Assembly: GCF_036365525.1 (NCBI RefSeq)
Contig: NC_090397.1
Location: forward strand, 51,884,318-51,948,317
Origin: Heterodontus francisci
Lineage: Eukaryota
DNA: 64,000 nt
Reading direction: 5' to 3'
This document shows positions 13,040 through 27,024 of the stretch, one piece after another (within the stretch, counting starts at the first letter, position 1; each line of letters starts with the position of its first letter). A model generated the notes under the pieces. The model made no database searches, was not told the DNA's origin, and saw only the letters and a list, made by a program, of their open reading frames with translations. Made by a program: the position numbers and the translations under genes.

Positions 13040-16000
13040 TGAGAGTGCTACTATGAGTCAAGGCTAGCACTGAATACTTTAGTGACATGTAACATCCCAG
13101 TCCTATGTTATCGGTGTTTGTCTTTGCCTTTTGAACTCGACTTGACTGCATTCTCTGGGCTTTCTGCCCTTTATGCCATGTATTCCCTGATAGGAACAGC
13201 CCATCAAGCCTATCCCGCCATCCAATTAGATCATTGCTGACCTATACCCAAATTCTATTTACCTTCCTTACCTCTATATCACTTGATACCCTTACCCAAC
13301 AAAAATCTATCTATCTCAGTCTAGAATGTTTCAATCCACAGCCTTTTGGGGAGAGAGTTCAAGATTTCCACTACCATTTGTGTGGAGAAAGTTCTTCTAG
13401 ACTTCACTCTGAAATAGCCTAGCTCTAATGTTATGATTATGCTCCCTTGTTCTGGAATCCCCTGCCCAGAAGAGAATGGTCTCCCTGTATCTTGTCTATT
13501 GAATCCCTTTATCATTTTAATTACCTCAATTAGAGGGTGGCCCAGTGGTTAGCACCGCAGCCTCGCTGCTCCAGTAACCCGGGTTCAGTTCTGGGTACTG
13601 TCTGTGTGGCGTTTGTAAGTTCTCCCTGTGACTGTGTGGGTTTCTACCAGGTGCTCTGGTTTTCTCCCACAGCCAAAGACTTGCAGGTTGATAGGTAAAT
13701 TTCCCCTAGTGTAGGTAGGAGAATAGTAGGGAATATGGGATTAATGCAGGAGGGGATGTGGGAGGGAATATGGGTTTATGTAGGATTAGTTTAAGTGGGT
13801 AGTTGATGGTCAGCACAGACTCAGTGGGCTGAAGGGCCTGTTTCAGTGTTGTATGACTCTCTAGATCATGACTCAACCATCTAAAAATCAAGGGAATATA
13901 TGCCAAGTTTATGTAACCTTCCACACAATATACTCCTGTCAGCCCTCAGGGACATAACAATTACAGAAATATTTGGTGGAGAAGGAAAGATGTATTTATA
14001 GTTTGATATATTTCTTAACCTTCACTATAAAAAGCCACACCTTGGACAGACAGCAAAGCTGCTCCTTTATATCACTGGCAGAGATTGATCTACATCATTA
14101 TTTATCTATGCGTTGTGGGTAAGGAAAATAATTCACTTATTTTCTCAGGGCCAATCAAAACATTCCGAAGAAGGGACGCTGACCCGAAACGTTAACTCTG
14201 CTTCTCTTTCCACAGATGCTGCTAGACCTGCTGAGTGATTCCAGCATTTCTTGTTTTTGTGTGTGAAAAACATTTCTTTATTGTATTTGGTTGGGTTTCT
14301 GAGAAACTTCTCTTGATCTTCTGATAGTTGGCACTCCCTATTTCAACACTAATGCAGTGTGCTGAATGAGCAACAGCCCAGAAGAGTGGTGATGAAAATA
14401 GCAGCGTCAGCCGGCATGCCTTTTTCCCGTGCCAATTACGCCGCCAGCGAGTTTCATCATGGTGGGGGTGGGTCAGCCCCGGGAACCTGCTTGATCCAGT
14501 AATGAGTCCAATTAAGATAGCTCATTGAGAGCTCGTAGAGAGACATATAAAGACCCATGTTTACACTGAAAATACCTCCATCATGTTTTTTATTTATTTA
14601 GAGATACAGCACTGAAACAGGCCCTTTGGCCCACCGAGTCTGTGCCGACCAACAACCACCCATTTATACTAACCCTACAGTAATCCCATATGCCCTACCA
14701 CCTACCTACACAATTTACCTATCACCTGCAAGTCTTTTGGCGGTGGGAGGAAACCGGAGCACCCGGAGGAAACTCACGCAGACACAGGGAGAACTTGCAA
14801 ATTCCACACAGACAGTACCCAGAATTGAACCCAGGTCCCTGGAGCTGTGAGGCTGCGGTGCTAATCACTGCTCCACTGTGTTGCCCCCTGTTGTGCCGTA
14901 CTACCACCGTGTTCAATGGGATAGATTTAGAACAGATCTGTCAGCTCAAAACTGGGCATCCATGAGGCGCTGCGGACTATCAACAGCAGCAGAATTGTAT
15001 TCAGACAGAATCTGTAACCTCATGGTCCAGCATATCCCTCACTCTACCATTACCATCAAGCCAGGGGATCAACCCTGGCTTATCTGAGGAGTGCAGGAGA
15101 ACATGCAGCACCACGTATACCTAAAAATGAGGTGTCAACCCGATGAAGCTACAGCACAGGACTACTTGCTTGCCGAACAGCAGAAGCAGCGTGCGATAGA
15201 CAGCTAAGCAATCCCACAACCAACAGATCAAATCAAAGCTCTGCTGTCCCGGCACATCCAGTCGTGAAAAGTGGTGGACAATTAAACAACTAACATGAGG
15301 AGGAGGTTCCACAAATATCCCCATTCTCAATGATGGGGGAGCCCAGCACATCAGTGCAAAAGTCAAGCTGAAACATTTATCACCATCTTCAGCCAGAAGT
15401 TCCAGGTGGAGGATCCATCTCCTCCTGAGGTCCCCAGCATTGGAGATGCCAGTCTTCAGCCAATCCAATTCACTCCACGTGATATAAAGAAATGGCTGAA
15501 GATACTAGATACTGCAAAGGCTGTGGATTCTGGCAACATACTGGCAGTAGTACTGAAGACTTGTGCTGCAGAGATAGCCGCGTCCCTAGATAAGTTGTTC
15601 AAGTACAGCTATAACACTGGAATCTACCCGATAATGTGGAAAATTGCCCGGGTATGACCTGTCCATAAAAAGCAGGGCAAATCCAATCCAGCCAGTTACT
15701 GCCCCATCAGTCTACTCTTGATCATCAGCCCATTTATGCACCCACCTAATTTCTTGGGAACGATCATGACTGGCTCCCCTCTTTGTTGCCGCCTCCATGC
15801 AACAGGCCTGCCCCAACCCAGCATGCAACCCATGCCCGCTCCACCAAAATCTCAATATTTTCTTTTTATTCTTTCATATGATGTGGGCATCACTGGCAAG
15901 GCCAGAATTTGTTGACTATCCCTTATTGCTCTTGAGAAGGTGGTGGTGAGCTTCCTTCTTGAACCTCTGCAGTCCATCTGGTGCAGTACACCCACAGTAC

Positions 16001-19000
16001 TGTTAGGGAGGGAGTTCCAGGATTTTTATCCAGCGACAGTAAAGGAATGCTGATATATTTCCAAGTCAGGATGGTGGGTGACTTGGAGGGGAACTTGCAG
16101 GTGGTGATGTTCCCACGTGCCTGCTGCCCTTGTTCTTCTAGGTGGAAGAGATCACGGTTTTGGTAGGTGCTGTCAAAGGACTGACTGACCAGCGAGATAG
16201 ATTCATCAACAGGAAGGGGTTCCATTCCCTCAACGTTCAGCAGGTCTGCGACCACAACAAGAGTTTCCTGCATGTGCGCATTCACTTTCCTGGCAGCTGC
16301 CATGACATATAGACAGAAAAAAGCAGATATGCAAAGGGAGCCTAGATGTGCAGTTCATAGAATGTTTTCAGGATAATTTCACAGAACAGCACATTCTGGA
16401 GCCAACCAGACAGCAGGCTATACTAGACCTGGTATTGTGTACCAAGATGGAATTAATTAATGACTTCATAGTGAAGGTGCCCCGAGGCAGCAGCAATCAT
16501 AATATGATTGAATTTTACATTCAGTTTGAGGGAGAGAAGAGGGACACTCACTCAACCATTGACACACTGGTGCCATCAGGTCTGCTCAGGTTGCAGGCTT
16601 GGGCAGTACAGGGTGGTCACTCTCCTGCCATCACGGGGACATAAAAGAAGGGGGCAAGGCTTCCAGACACAATTGGGAGGCCACCTGAGTGCAAGAAAGG
16701 CAGCAGCTAGCAATGGGAGCACGACTCAGATTTTGGGTCTGATGGTGATGAGGAGCAAAATTCTTCACAGGAAGGGCTCAGCCATGGCATCAAGAGGGCA
16801 GTGGAGAGGGTCTGGAAGGCAACGGAGGCCATACCCTCAAAATCCTGGAACTCCCTCCCTAATAGTACTGTGGGTGTACCCACACCAGATGGACTGCAGC
16901 AGTTCAAGAAGGCAGCTCACCACCACTTTCTCAAGAGCAATTAGGGACTTTGTTGCCACCTCTGTGCCACTGGCCTGAGCCAACCCAGCATGCAACCCGT
17001 GCCCCCTGCCCAAAATCTCAACATCTTTTTATTCTTTCATCGGATGTGGGCATCGCTGGCAAGGCCAACATTTGTTGCCCATCCCTAATTGCTCTTGAGA
17101 AGGTGGTGGTGAGCTGCCTTCTTGAACCACTGCCGTCCTTGGGGTTTAGGTACACTAACATTGCTGTTAAGAAGGGAGTTCCAGGATTTTGACCCAGCGA
17201 CAGTGAAGGAATGGTGATATATTTCGAAGTCATGGTGGTAGGTGACTTGGAGGGGAGCTTGCAGGTGGTGGTGTTCCCACGTGTCTGCTATCCTTGATGG
17301 CCACATGGGTTCAATCGATGCTGCCCTGTACCTGGGGGAATCCAGCGATGAGGTGAAACTCACTGTCCCTTGTGGCTGCGAGGCCCCAACTGTCTGGACT
17401 TGAATGTACTGCTCAACTATCGCAAATAGGGCATTAGTAAGCTGTGAGATGCAGGGGTGTGCAGCCGCTTGTGAGATCGCAGCAAGTCTGCAGCTGATCC
17501 TTGAAAGGAGCCAGAGGCAAAGAAGTGCAAGGCCTCAGTGACTCCGACGGCTACTGGCAATTTATGGTGAGCAGTGCTGTGAGGTGTGAGGTCTTCCACG
17601 ACAAAGGCACATATCTCTGTGACCATCTACCTGAAGGTTCATAATCTCCTGCGGCACTGGTTCTCTGACATGTCCAGGTAGCTCCGACTTAGGCTGGAGA
17701 GAAGAGTGGGTCTAAGAATAGTATTTTAAATTTTAATAAGGGCAGTTATGAGGGCACGATAGCAGAGCTAGCTAAAGTGAACTGGCAAAGTAGATTAAGG
17801 GATAGGTCAATAGAGATGCAGTGGCAGACATTTAAAGGGATATTTCAGAATACACAGAATAGATACATTCCTATGAGAAAGAAAATTTTCAAGGGAAGAA
17901 TCCATAATCCGTGGTTAAGTAAAAAAGTTAAAGATAGTATCAAACTTAAAGAAAAAGCCTATAATTGTGCAAAGATGGATGGCAGGTCAGAAGATTGGAC
18001 AGTGTCATGAAGACCCCCACCTGCCAAGAATGATTTCCAGAAGGCATTTGATAAGCTGCCACATCAAAGGTTATTGCAGAAAATAAAAACTCATGGTGTA
18101 GAGAGTAACATATTGGCATGGATAGAAGATTGGCTAGCTAACAGGAAACAGAGAGTAGGCATAAATGGGTCATTTTCTGGTTGACAAGGTGTAATGAGTG
18201 GTGTGTCACAGGGATCAGTGCTGGGGCCTCAACTTTTTACAATTTATATAAATGACCTGGATGAAGGGACCGAAGGTATGGTTGCTAAATTTGCTAATGA
18301 TATAAAGATAGATAGGAAAGTAAGTTGTGAAGAGGACATAAGGAGGCTACAAAGGGATATAGATAGGTTAAGTGAATGGGCAAAGATCTGAAAAATGGAG
18401 TATAATGTGGGAAAATGTGAAATTGTCCATTTTGACAGGGAGAATAAAAAAGAAGCATATTATCTAAATGGTGAGAGATTGCAGAGCTCTGAGATGCAGA
18501 GGGATCTGGGTGTCCTAGTGCATGAATTGCAAAACGCTAGTATGCAGGTACAGTAAGTAATCAGGAAAGCTAATAGAATGTTATCATTTAATGCAAGGGG
18601 ATTTGAATACAAAAGTAGGGAGGTCATGCTTCAGTTATACAGGGATGTGAGACCACATCTGGAGTATTGTGTATAGTAATGGTCACCTTATTTAAGGAAG
18701 GATGTAAATGAATTGGAAGCAGTTCAGTGAAGGTTTACTGGACGAAAACCTGGAATGGGCGGGTTGTCTTATGAGGAAAGGTTGTACAGGCTAGGCTTGT
18801 TCCACTGGAGTTTTGGACAGTTAGAGGTGACTTGATTGAAACATATAAGATCCTGAGGGCTCTTGATAGGGTGAATGTGGAAAGGATGTTTCCTCTTGTG
18901 GGAGAATCTAGAACTAGGTGTCGCTGTTTAAAAATAAGGGGTCGCCCATTTCAGACAGAGATGAGGAGAAATTTTTTCTCTCAGAGGGTCGTGAGTCTTT

Positions 19001-19461
19001 GGAACTCTGTTCCTCAAAAGGCGGTGAAAGCAGAGTATTTAAATATTTTTAAGGTAGAGGTAGATAGATTCTTGATAAGCAAGGGGGTGAAAGTATTGGG
19101 GATAGGCGGGAATGTGGAGTTGAGGTTACAATCAGATCAGCCATGATCTTGTTGAATGGCAGAGCAGGCTTGAGGGGCCAAGTGGCCTACTCCTGCTCCT
19201 AATTCACATGTTCGTATCCCCCAGCAATCCAGGCTGCTACAACTCTTCATTTCACCACCACCCACCATCGCAACCCCCCCCCACCCCACCCACCCAAACT
19301 ACATGCTTGGATTCTAGGGGACAAGGAATATCCCTTGAAGAGATGGCTACTCACCCCTTTATGAGACCCTGACACAAAGACACAGAGGCGTTACAAACAA
19401 AGCCATCTGCTCACTAGGACCACCACCAAGCAGGCTTTTGGGCTTCTGAAAATGCAGTTCC
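13040..19461 (+). repeat. Second copy of 6418-12839 (likely contig-overlap false duplication)
   Basis: Starts immediately after the gap; no differences seen. Confidence 0.95.
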
Positions 19462-19760
19462 GTTTCCTGGACTGGTTAGGTGGCGCCTTGCAGTACACTC
19501 CTGCAAGATTCTTGCACATTATGGTGGTCTGCTGCACACTCCATAACATGGCAGTACAGAGAGCTGTGGTCCTTGAAGGCAATGATGTGCTTGATCAACA
19601 CAACTCATTGGAGGAAGAGGAGTAACAGGAGAATGAAGAGGAGGAAGATGCAGAACTCAGAGGTGCCCCGCCTGCACGGCAGAAGCCTTGGCCTGGCACA
19701 GGGCTTGAGGGTCTCGTCAGGATGCCCTCAATGTCAGGGATCATCGGATCCAGGCACATT
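19213..19760 (+). pseudogene. Harbinger transposase C-terminal fragment (first copy 12591-12839 cut by gap)
   Basis: WILGDKEYPLKRWLLTPL*..TRTTTKQAFGLLKMQFRFLD..GGALQY..VVCCTLHNMA plus acidic tail. Confidence 0.85.
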
Positions 19761-20538
19761 TCAGCTGAGCCCTTCTAACCCAGGAGGACGTCATTGTCTA
19801 GAACTCACTTTGAGATTCCTGTGAGAGCAAATCCATTGAAGACATAGCCTGGAATAGATCAACTCTTACCGCCAATGAAGGATTGCACATCTGTCCAGAG
19901 GATTTCACTGTCCCCATTCAAGGACCCTTGCTCCCTTCATCACTTCATCCTTCTTTTCTTGTCCCGTCATTCATAAAAGGAAGCTCACATATGTCCATAT
20001 TTACATTGTGCTCAAAAAGTGCACAATTTCAGGTGAAGGAAATCTCAGTGACCCACTCAGTGCTTTGCCCGATGCGGTGGCCTCCACTCTTGGCCATTTC
20101 TGTGCGATGCTCCCCTTGTGGTCTTGGATGGGGTGGAGGCAGTCGGCTCATCTGTCTTTGGTTGTGGCTGAGATGCACACAGCAGTCGCCCTTGGGGCAC
20201 GTCTATAGGCTAGTGCGCTGGCGTCATTGCAGGGACAGCCTCCATCACTGGGCCCTGCTGCACAGATAGCCCCTCAGTCAGAGGGGCCGAGGAAGCCTTG
20301 TGAGGGGTGGCACCGTCATCCTCCTTGGTAACTGCCTCAGCCCTTGGATGGCACTTCTGATGCCTGGAGGGGGCCACCAGTTAGGCACAACTGGCATCCC
20401 CTCCAAACATATCTGCACCATAACTGCCACTGATCCGTCAGGGCCACAGAGTGTGGCAAACATTCTGTGAATGTCAGTGCAGTGTTCCTGCATGTATCCA
20501 GAGTGCTGCCATATATGGCTCTCCATGAGGTTCACTAC

Positions 20539-21360
20539 TGTTATGATCCCTGTGGAGACCACCAACAAACCAAAAGAATCGAATCCACCAACTGACTCCA
20601 ATTTAGGAAACAAAAAACAAACGGTCAAGATTTCTCTTTTATAAATGTTACTTTAACACTCAAACCAAACCAACATAAATTAAACATGAACTAACAGTTA
20701 AATCACAGTTGATATATATCATAAAGGTTACACATTAACTATCAGAGACAATAAGAATATATCTCAAAATCCTTTGGCAGTCCTATCATCAGGATGAAAC
20801 TGAACTGTCACAAAGTCCTCCAGGTCTTTGAACTTTTCAAGTAAATCTCAGATCATGTCTCCTAAGATGAAAACCCCAGTTTCCACTCGTTGGCAGTTTC
20901 TCTTCATTCCGAACCCCACTGATATTGTCCCTACCAAAACTGCACACCCTTCCGGAACTTCCATGGCTTTGCACACAACAGTCCTGTGGTATATCTTCAC
21001 TGGTCTCACCTTATGTAACTCTTTAAGGCACCAAAAACAACTGTCATAAGTCATTCACAAATGGTCAATCCTCAGTCCAGGCTCCTCTGCCTGCAGTCAA
21101 ACCATTCTAGCCTGCTGCTTTGTAGTCTATTTCAATACCAAGCAGCTCCTCTGGAAGGACAAAAAACCTGCAACTCTTAGCTTGTCTCTTTAAACAAAAT
21201 TGGCTGTTTTTTTCCTTCCACTGCAGAGCTCGTCCTGTAATACTGAAACCTAAGCTCCAATCACATCTCCCTGATAAAAAAACTGTTTGTTTGTTTAACC
21301 AAGTTCTGACCTTCCAGAACTTTGAAGCTTTTAGTTTCATTTACTGTCTCAAAAAAAACA
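20539..21360. mobile_element. Possible LTR-like insertion in the Harbinger second gene
   Basis: AT-rich block starting TGTTATGA and ending ..aaCA inside GC-richer Harbinger sequence; no TSD found. Confidence 0.3.
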
Positions 21361-21947
21361 GATCAGCTGCACAGAATGTAGTCTGCACACAAGGACACTA
21401 TCACACCACTCTCTCTATAGAGGAGCTCATGCATTCAAATCCCTTAGCCATGGTGGCACACATGAGTTGACCAGACTGCTCCATTCTCAGCCCATGACTG
21501 CATTACCTCAGGGTACTCTGGCATGTGGGAAAACATCTGCTGCTGCTGGTCCAAGTAGAGCCACCTTTCTTGTGACTCCTAAGGTCCTTCATCTGTGCCA
21601 GCTGAGCAGGGCTGTGTCTGTCCTCCATCCTCCAAGGGGGACGGTGCACAGCTGTCTCTGCCTCTGTCACCTCTTCCTGACACTCATGACATGTTCATCA
21701 CCATGCCATCTAAGCACGCACAAGGACCCACGATGTGACTGTATCTGAGCTGCTGAAGGGTGCGCTGGTAAGGTGTGATGGTGCTTCCTCTCAGATCTCC
21801 GCTGGCAGCGGTGCAGATACAGTAACTTTCCCTGAAGAGATCATGAGAATTAGCCTTGGAGAGCTGAAGCCCCTGCAGTGCTGAAGCTTTCCATTGCAGC
21901 TAAATCTTTGGTATGCTGTCAGACAGTGTGGAGTGAAATGCATCCCC

Positions 21948-22660
21948 TTAATCTATGCATTCCAGTTTCTGTTCACTCTCTCCACAAGGGATGCCCATCT
22001 CGCCTTCCCCGTCTTGCTCGTGGTCAGTGACCCTGCTGATCTCCAGTGGTTCCTCTTCCATGGTGGTGACAATGTGAAGGATGGGGACTCCTCCTGCTGT
22101 CCAGGCCCTTTCACAGGCAATGTGAGACCATTTCTCTTGCAAGGACAAAAGACAGAGAGATAAGGCACTGTTGGCCTCTATGGCTGATGTCAATGGCTCA
22201 TTGAGATAGGAAGCTGCATGTATCAGTGCTGGCAGATCCTCAACCGCACCATGATTCTGAGCCTGCTGAGGGGTCAGTAAGTACCCTGGGCACACATTCC
22301 TCTATGTTCAAGAGCAGCAAGTGCCCTCAGGATCCTCAGCTGGAGTGGTTGCTGGATGTTGAATATCTGTCCTGAGGGTCTGATGTTTCAGTCATCTTGC
22401 CAGAGCGAATAAAGTCATTGAACCTTTTCCTGCACTGCACCCAGTTCCTTCTGACCACACTCTGTCTGCTCACGGTCTCTGCCACCTTGATCCAGGCCAG
22501 TTTGGTTTGGGAGGGTGGCCTTCTCCTGCCACCCTCTGGAAACAGGGCCTCCCTCCCTCTTCTCCCTCACTGTCTGCAGGAGGACCTGCAGATCTGCATC
22601 AGCAAAGTGAGGGGCAGCCCTGCCCTGGGTTCCAGCCCTCTGCCTTTCCTGCTTCATGAG
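21948..22660 (-). pseudogene. Harbinger Myb/SANT-like DNA-binding gene (second ORF), frameshifted
   Basis: APHFADADLQVLLQTVREKRE/[GGAG dup]ALFPEGGRRRPPSQTKLAWIKVAETVS..RNWVQCRKRFNDF; next exon EKWSHIACERAWTAGGVP. Confidence 0.8.
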
Positions 22661-23498
22661 TAATACAGCAATCAATTCACTGAAACGGCCGCCACAGTAA
22701 TGGACGCCATGGTCTGTTTAAATCGGGCCCACACTTCTTTAGTCCCGCCTTCATTCCTGCCTCTGCAGCTGCTAATTGGCCCTCCAAACCGCCCTCCAGG
22801 CAATTAAGAGGCCCCTTCCATGAAACTCAGAGCCTGAGACTGCTTTGCCCCAGAGACGGATCAGGACCTGGAAAAAGTCTTTGCAGATGGAAAACATTGG
22901 TAAGGGAAGACAGTGACTTTTTGCTGGGTTTTCCAACACAGGAAGGATTACAGTAGTGTGTGTTGGTTGTGTTACTGGACACAGAGGCCTGGACTAATAA
23001 ACCAAATAACACATGCTCAGATCTCACAACAGTTTGAGAATTTGGATTCAATTAGAAAAATCTGTAACTAAAAAGCTGGGATCAGTAAAAGTGGCCATGA
23101 AGCAGTCACACTGTCATAAAAACAGAACTGGTTCAATCATGTCCTTTAGGGAAGGAAACCTGATGTGCTTACCTGGTCTGGTCTATACGTGACTATAGTC
23201 CCATAGCAATGTGGTTGACTCTTAATTGCCCTCTGAAGTGGCCCTGCAAGCCACTCAGTTGGGCATAAGCAATAAATACTAGCCTTGCTAGAGATGCCCA
23301 CACCCTGAGAATTAACTTTTAAATTTTCCCTCTAATTGACCTTGGGACTTTACAAAGAGTCACCACATTGCCTGAAATTGCCCGATTAGATCACTTCCTT
23401 CCCTGAATATACTTTAAAAGGACAGGCAGGTCACACAGCTGCATTTTGGTAGCTAAATTTGGTAACTGTGCTCCAAACTACCCTTGAGCAACTTCATG

Positions 23499-24175
23499 GC
23501 CGAGATTTTATCCAGGTGACGGGGGTCTCAACCTCCGGCCAAAGCGCTGGCAAGAACTCTACATCGCCCTTCTGTGGGAGGCCAGCCAAATCAAGTGCTA
23601 ATTAGGCACATAACTGGACAGCGGCGAGCCTTCCCCAGGATCAAGGACCCCGGTGACAGAAGTCCCGCTCTCCGACAGCTGCCTGCCAATCAGAGGCCGG
23701 CTGCTCTTTAACTGAGCAGCACCACTGCAGAGGTGGTGGCTGCTGCCAGTGGAACACCTACCCGAGGCCTAGGAGCAGTGCTATACCCAGGCCAGAGGTG
23801 GGTCAGGGCGGGAGGGGTCTCGCAGGGTGAGGATCGTGGGGGCGGAGGGTGTAGGGGGGTCGACAGCAAGGGCAGGCGTTTGGCTCCCAGTGCGCACCCC
23901 CCTTCCCAATGCCCGTCCCTTGTTCAGGCACTAAGTGCCTTTTATCAAGGGAACAGCCTCCATACCCCCCAACCCTCATCTGGAGCCGGCAAGCAACCTG
24001 CATGGTTTTTCTTGTGGGCTCCCCATGCGTTGATAGTCCGTTCGCAGGCCTTCTCACCCTGGACTTAATTTCAGCGGAGGCGGGAAGGTGGCAGTGTCCG
24101 CACCCCAAAAACATCCCACCTGCTTACATGCTCTCACCGCCTCCAAAACAGCCGCGAGGGACAGCATAAAATTCC
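23499..24175. mobile_element. Probable non-autonomous DNA transposon (MITE-like)
   Basis: GC-rich block bounded by ..gattttat and ataaaattcc short inverted ends. Confidence 0.4.
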
Positions 24176-24743
24176 TTGTTACCCCATGAGAGATTTGAAA
24201 ATACCAGAGACCTGCTGAAATCGGTGGTTGTGATATTGTTTGGTAATTGAGAGGGATGGACGGGTAGAGGTTTGTGATTTGTACCTTTCCCCAGCGGTGG
24301 AGGATGACCTCCGGTCTGAATATTGCAACATTGCCCACTGATTCCACTTTGTTTCCGACCAGTGTTACTTGTTTAGGTTACACATGAATAAATTGGCTCT
24401 TGCACATCCCAGAAATTCATCACCCCATAATTAATGGCTGTGCTTTCAGTTTTAGGGCCTAGGCCCCAAACTCTGGAATTCTGTCCCTAATCCTTTCTGC
24501 CTCTCTACCTCTCTTTCCTCCTTTAAAACACGGCTTAAAACTTACCTCTTTGACCAAGTTTTTGGTCATCTGTCCTCAGATTTCTCTTGGTGTCAAATTT
24601 TGTTTGAAATTGCTCCTGTGAAGTGGCTTGGGACATTTTACTATGTTAAAGATGCTATAGAAATACAACTGGTTGTTTAAGTTTTATGTGAATAAGATGC
24701 ATTTTTGTTGACTGACCTTTCAATTTTCTGTTTTGCGGAACAG

Positions 24744-24845
24744 CAAATTACAGAGTACAGGAAGCAGATAGATTAGTTCACCGCTCCGTACCTGCCTATT
24801 CCATTGCACAGCGAACGGTCGGGTTCAAAATGAATGATAGCCCAG
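24744..24845 (+). CDS. ODF3/CIMAP1-family internal exon (phase 1-1, 102 nt)
   Basis: ctgac branch point + pyrimidine tract + cag; NYRVQEADRLVHRSVPAYSIAQRTVGFKMNDSP-G; GT donor; same length as the matching human ODF3 segment as recalled. Confidence 0.85.
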
Positions 24846-25204
24846 GTACAGTAACTGGTGCTCAGAGCTTTTAACAGAACCTTTAATATGCCACACAAAT
24901 TATCCGTCTGTTATATTTCTGCTCTCCGATTGGCTGATACCAACAATGAAGCCCATTTTCTGCAATTTGATTGGTCCTGAAGTTGAATTCAATGCTAAAG
25001 AGATAGTTTTTGACAACCCCTCAAAGTCCAGCCTGATGAAGATAAAAAGTATCACATTTAAAATGTGAACAATGTCTTAAATATTTCCACAAGTTTGGCC
25101 GAGTCCTCGCACGTGTCTGTGAACAACACTTTGTGAGTAATTCATCCTCATCCTTGCCTGTTCAAACTCATGGGAATGAGAGTCCTTAGTTATAGATCTA
25201 GGGC

Positions 25205-25695
25205 TCCCTGTCACTCAGACTCACTCCCTCAGACCTGTCACTCAGACTCGCTCCCTCAGACTCATCATTCACACTTTTTCCCTCAGTTCCTGCCACTCAC
25301 ACTCTCCCTCAGTCCCTGTCATTCGCACTCTCTCCCTCAGTACCTGTCACTCAGACTCAGTCGCTCAGTGCCTGTCACTCAGACTCATTCCCTCTGTTCC
25401 CGTCACTCACATTCCCTCCTTCATTCCCTCCTTCAGTCCCTGCCACTCACACTTGCTCCTTCAGTCCCCGTCACTCTGACTGTCTCCCTCAGTCCCCATC
25501 CTTCATATTCTCTTCCTCAGTCATCACTCAGACTCTCTCCCTAAGTGCCTGTCACTCTGACTCTCTCCCTCAGTTCCCTCCTTCACACTCTCTCCCTCAG
25601 TCCCTGTCACTCACACTCTCTCCCTCAGTTCCTGTCACTCACACTCTCTCCCTCAGTCCATCACTCACACTCTCTCCCTCAGTCCCTGCCACTGA
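25205..25695. repeat. ~26-28-bp degenerate minisatellite (CCCTGTCACTCACACTCTCTCCCTCAGT) in ODF3-like intron
   Basis: Directly visible tandem units. Confidence 0.85.
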
Positions 25696-26339
25696 GCCAA
25701 CTGTCATTTTAGCTCCAGTCCAAAGGAGAAATTTGGTTCAAGCAGGAGGAGAGTCCAGGACTGGAGGAGGCCCAAACAGGTACGTTTTTTTGACTGAGGA
25801 GCAGGTTCTCCACACCCCACGTGGAAAGTTTAGGCCTCCCCTATCCCCTCCTCATTCTCCCACCCTGCAACTTGCCTTCTTGCCAATGTGCCCTTGCCTT
25901 CCACCCTCTGACCAGCAGCTGCTTCCCATTCATTTCAGAGAGCGGCAGCTGACCAGCTGCCTGGATTTAAAATCTACTGGGCCTCACTCTGCCCAGATCG
26001 GATGTATTTGGCACTCACTCTTGTCTGTCCCAGTCCACTCCCTGGTACCCCACTGCCTGAGCTGCTCTGCCTTTGACTGGTATATGTGATGATTAAACAT
26101 TTGCACGCATATGTGCTCTGAGCCCAGCTTCCCTTTGGCACTACAACACAGTTTAAAGAGGGAATCTCGCCATGTGAGCAAACTCCTTTTAAAACAGGTG
26201 TCCCTGTGCTGCACCACTTTTAAAGGGAGATTTCCCTGATGGAACCATTTTTACTCACTGTCATATTTTAAAGGGGCCTGGTATTAAGGAGGCTCCCAGC
26301 TGAAAATCTGGTGTGAACTCAGGGTGAACCTTGGTGGAG

Positions 26340-26745
26340 AGACTGGAGAAGTTGTTCACCTTAGAGTAGAGACGATTAAGGGTAGATTTTTTAGAAATGT
26401 TCAAAATCATGAAGGTTTCTGATAGAGTAAGTCAGGAGAACTTGTTTCCAGCACCGTAAGGGTCCATAACCAGAGGACACAGATTTAAAATAATTGACAA
26501 AAGAACTGGGTAAGATGTGGAAAATGTTTTTTATACAGCGAGTTGTTATGATCAGGAATGCACTGACGGAAAAGATGCTGGAAACAGATTCAATAATAAC
26601 CTCCAAAAGAGATAAATACTTGAAAAGGAAGATTTAGAGGGCTGTGGGGAAAGAACAGAGGCAGTGGGACAAATTGGATAGCTCTTTCAAAGAGCCAGCA
26701 CTGGCACAATGGGGTGAATGGTCTCCTTCTGTGCTGTAAGATTCT
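26340..26745 (+). mobile_element. CR1 3' fragment
   Basis: CR1 ORF2 C-terminal remnant and tail ..gaatggtctccttctgtgctgtaagattct. Confidence 0.65.
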
Positions 26746-26902
26746 ATCTCTGAGAGGAACTCTGAGGCTTGGCCCTCTAGCTCGGCATCAGTTCAGATCC
26801 TGATGGTTGTTGCCTGAAATCCAGGCTGCCTGACCTGGCATAGCATGGACACTGTGGGCCATGTGAATAGCTCATCTCAGCTCTGTTTCCTTTTTGCACT
26901 AG

Positions 26903-27024
26903 GGCCTGCACGTTACAATGAAGTGGCAGTGTCTGGGCCTAAAATTCCACATCTGAAAGCAGCACCTGCCTACACCATGTCACAGAAAACTGCATTTGGT
27001 AGCATGCTGAGTAAGATTGTGAAG
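26903..27024 (+). CDS. ODF3/CIMAP1-family internal exon (phase 1-0, 122 nt)
   Basis: tttttgcactag / G-PARYNEVAVSGPKIPHLKAAPAYTMSQKTAFGSMLSKIVK / gtaagt. Confidence 0.88.

Noticed and set aside
12792-13151. ORFs with X runs
   Set aside because: They span the N gap
9561-22660. Host HARBI1/NAIF1 genes
   Set aside because: Stops, frameshifts and nested insertions show a decayed transposon
22830-22905. Possible exon ending at ttg/gtaagg as a missing ODF3 5' exon
   Set aside because: No ODF3-like translation in any frame and no clear acceptor
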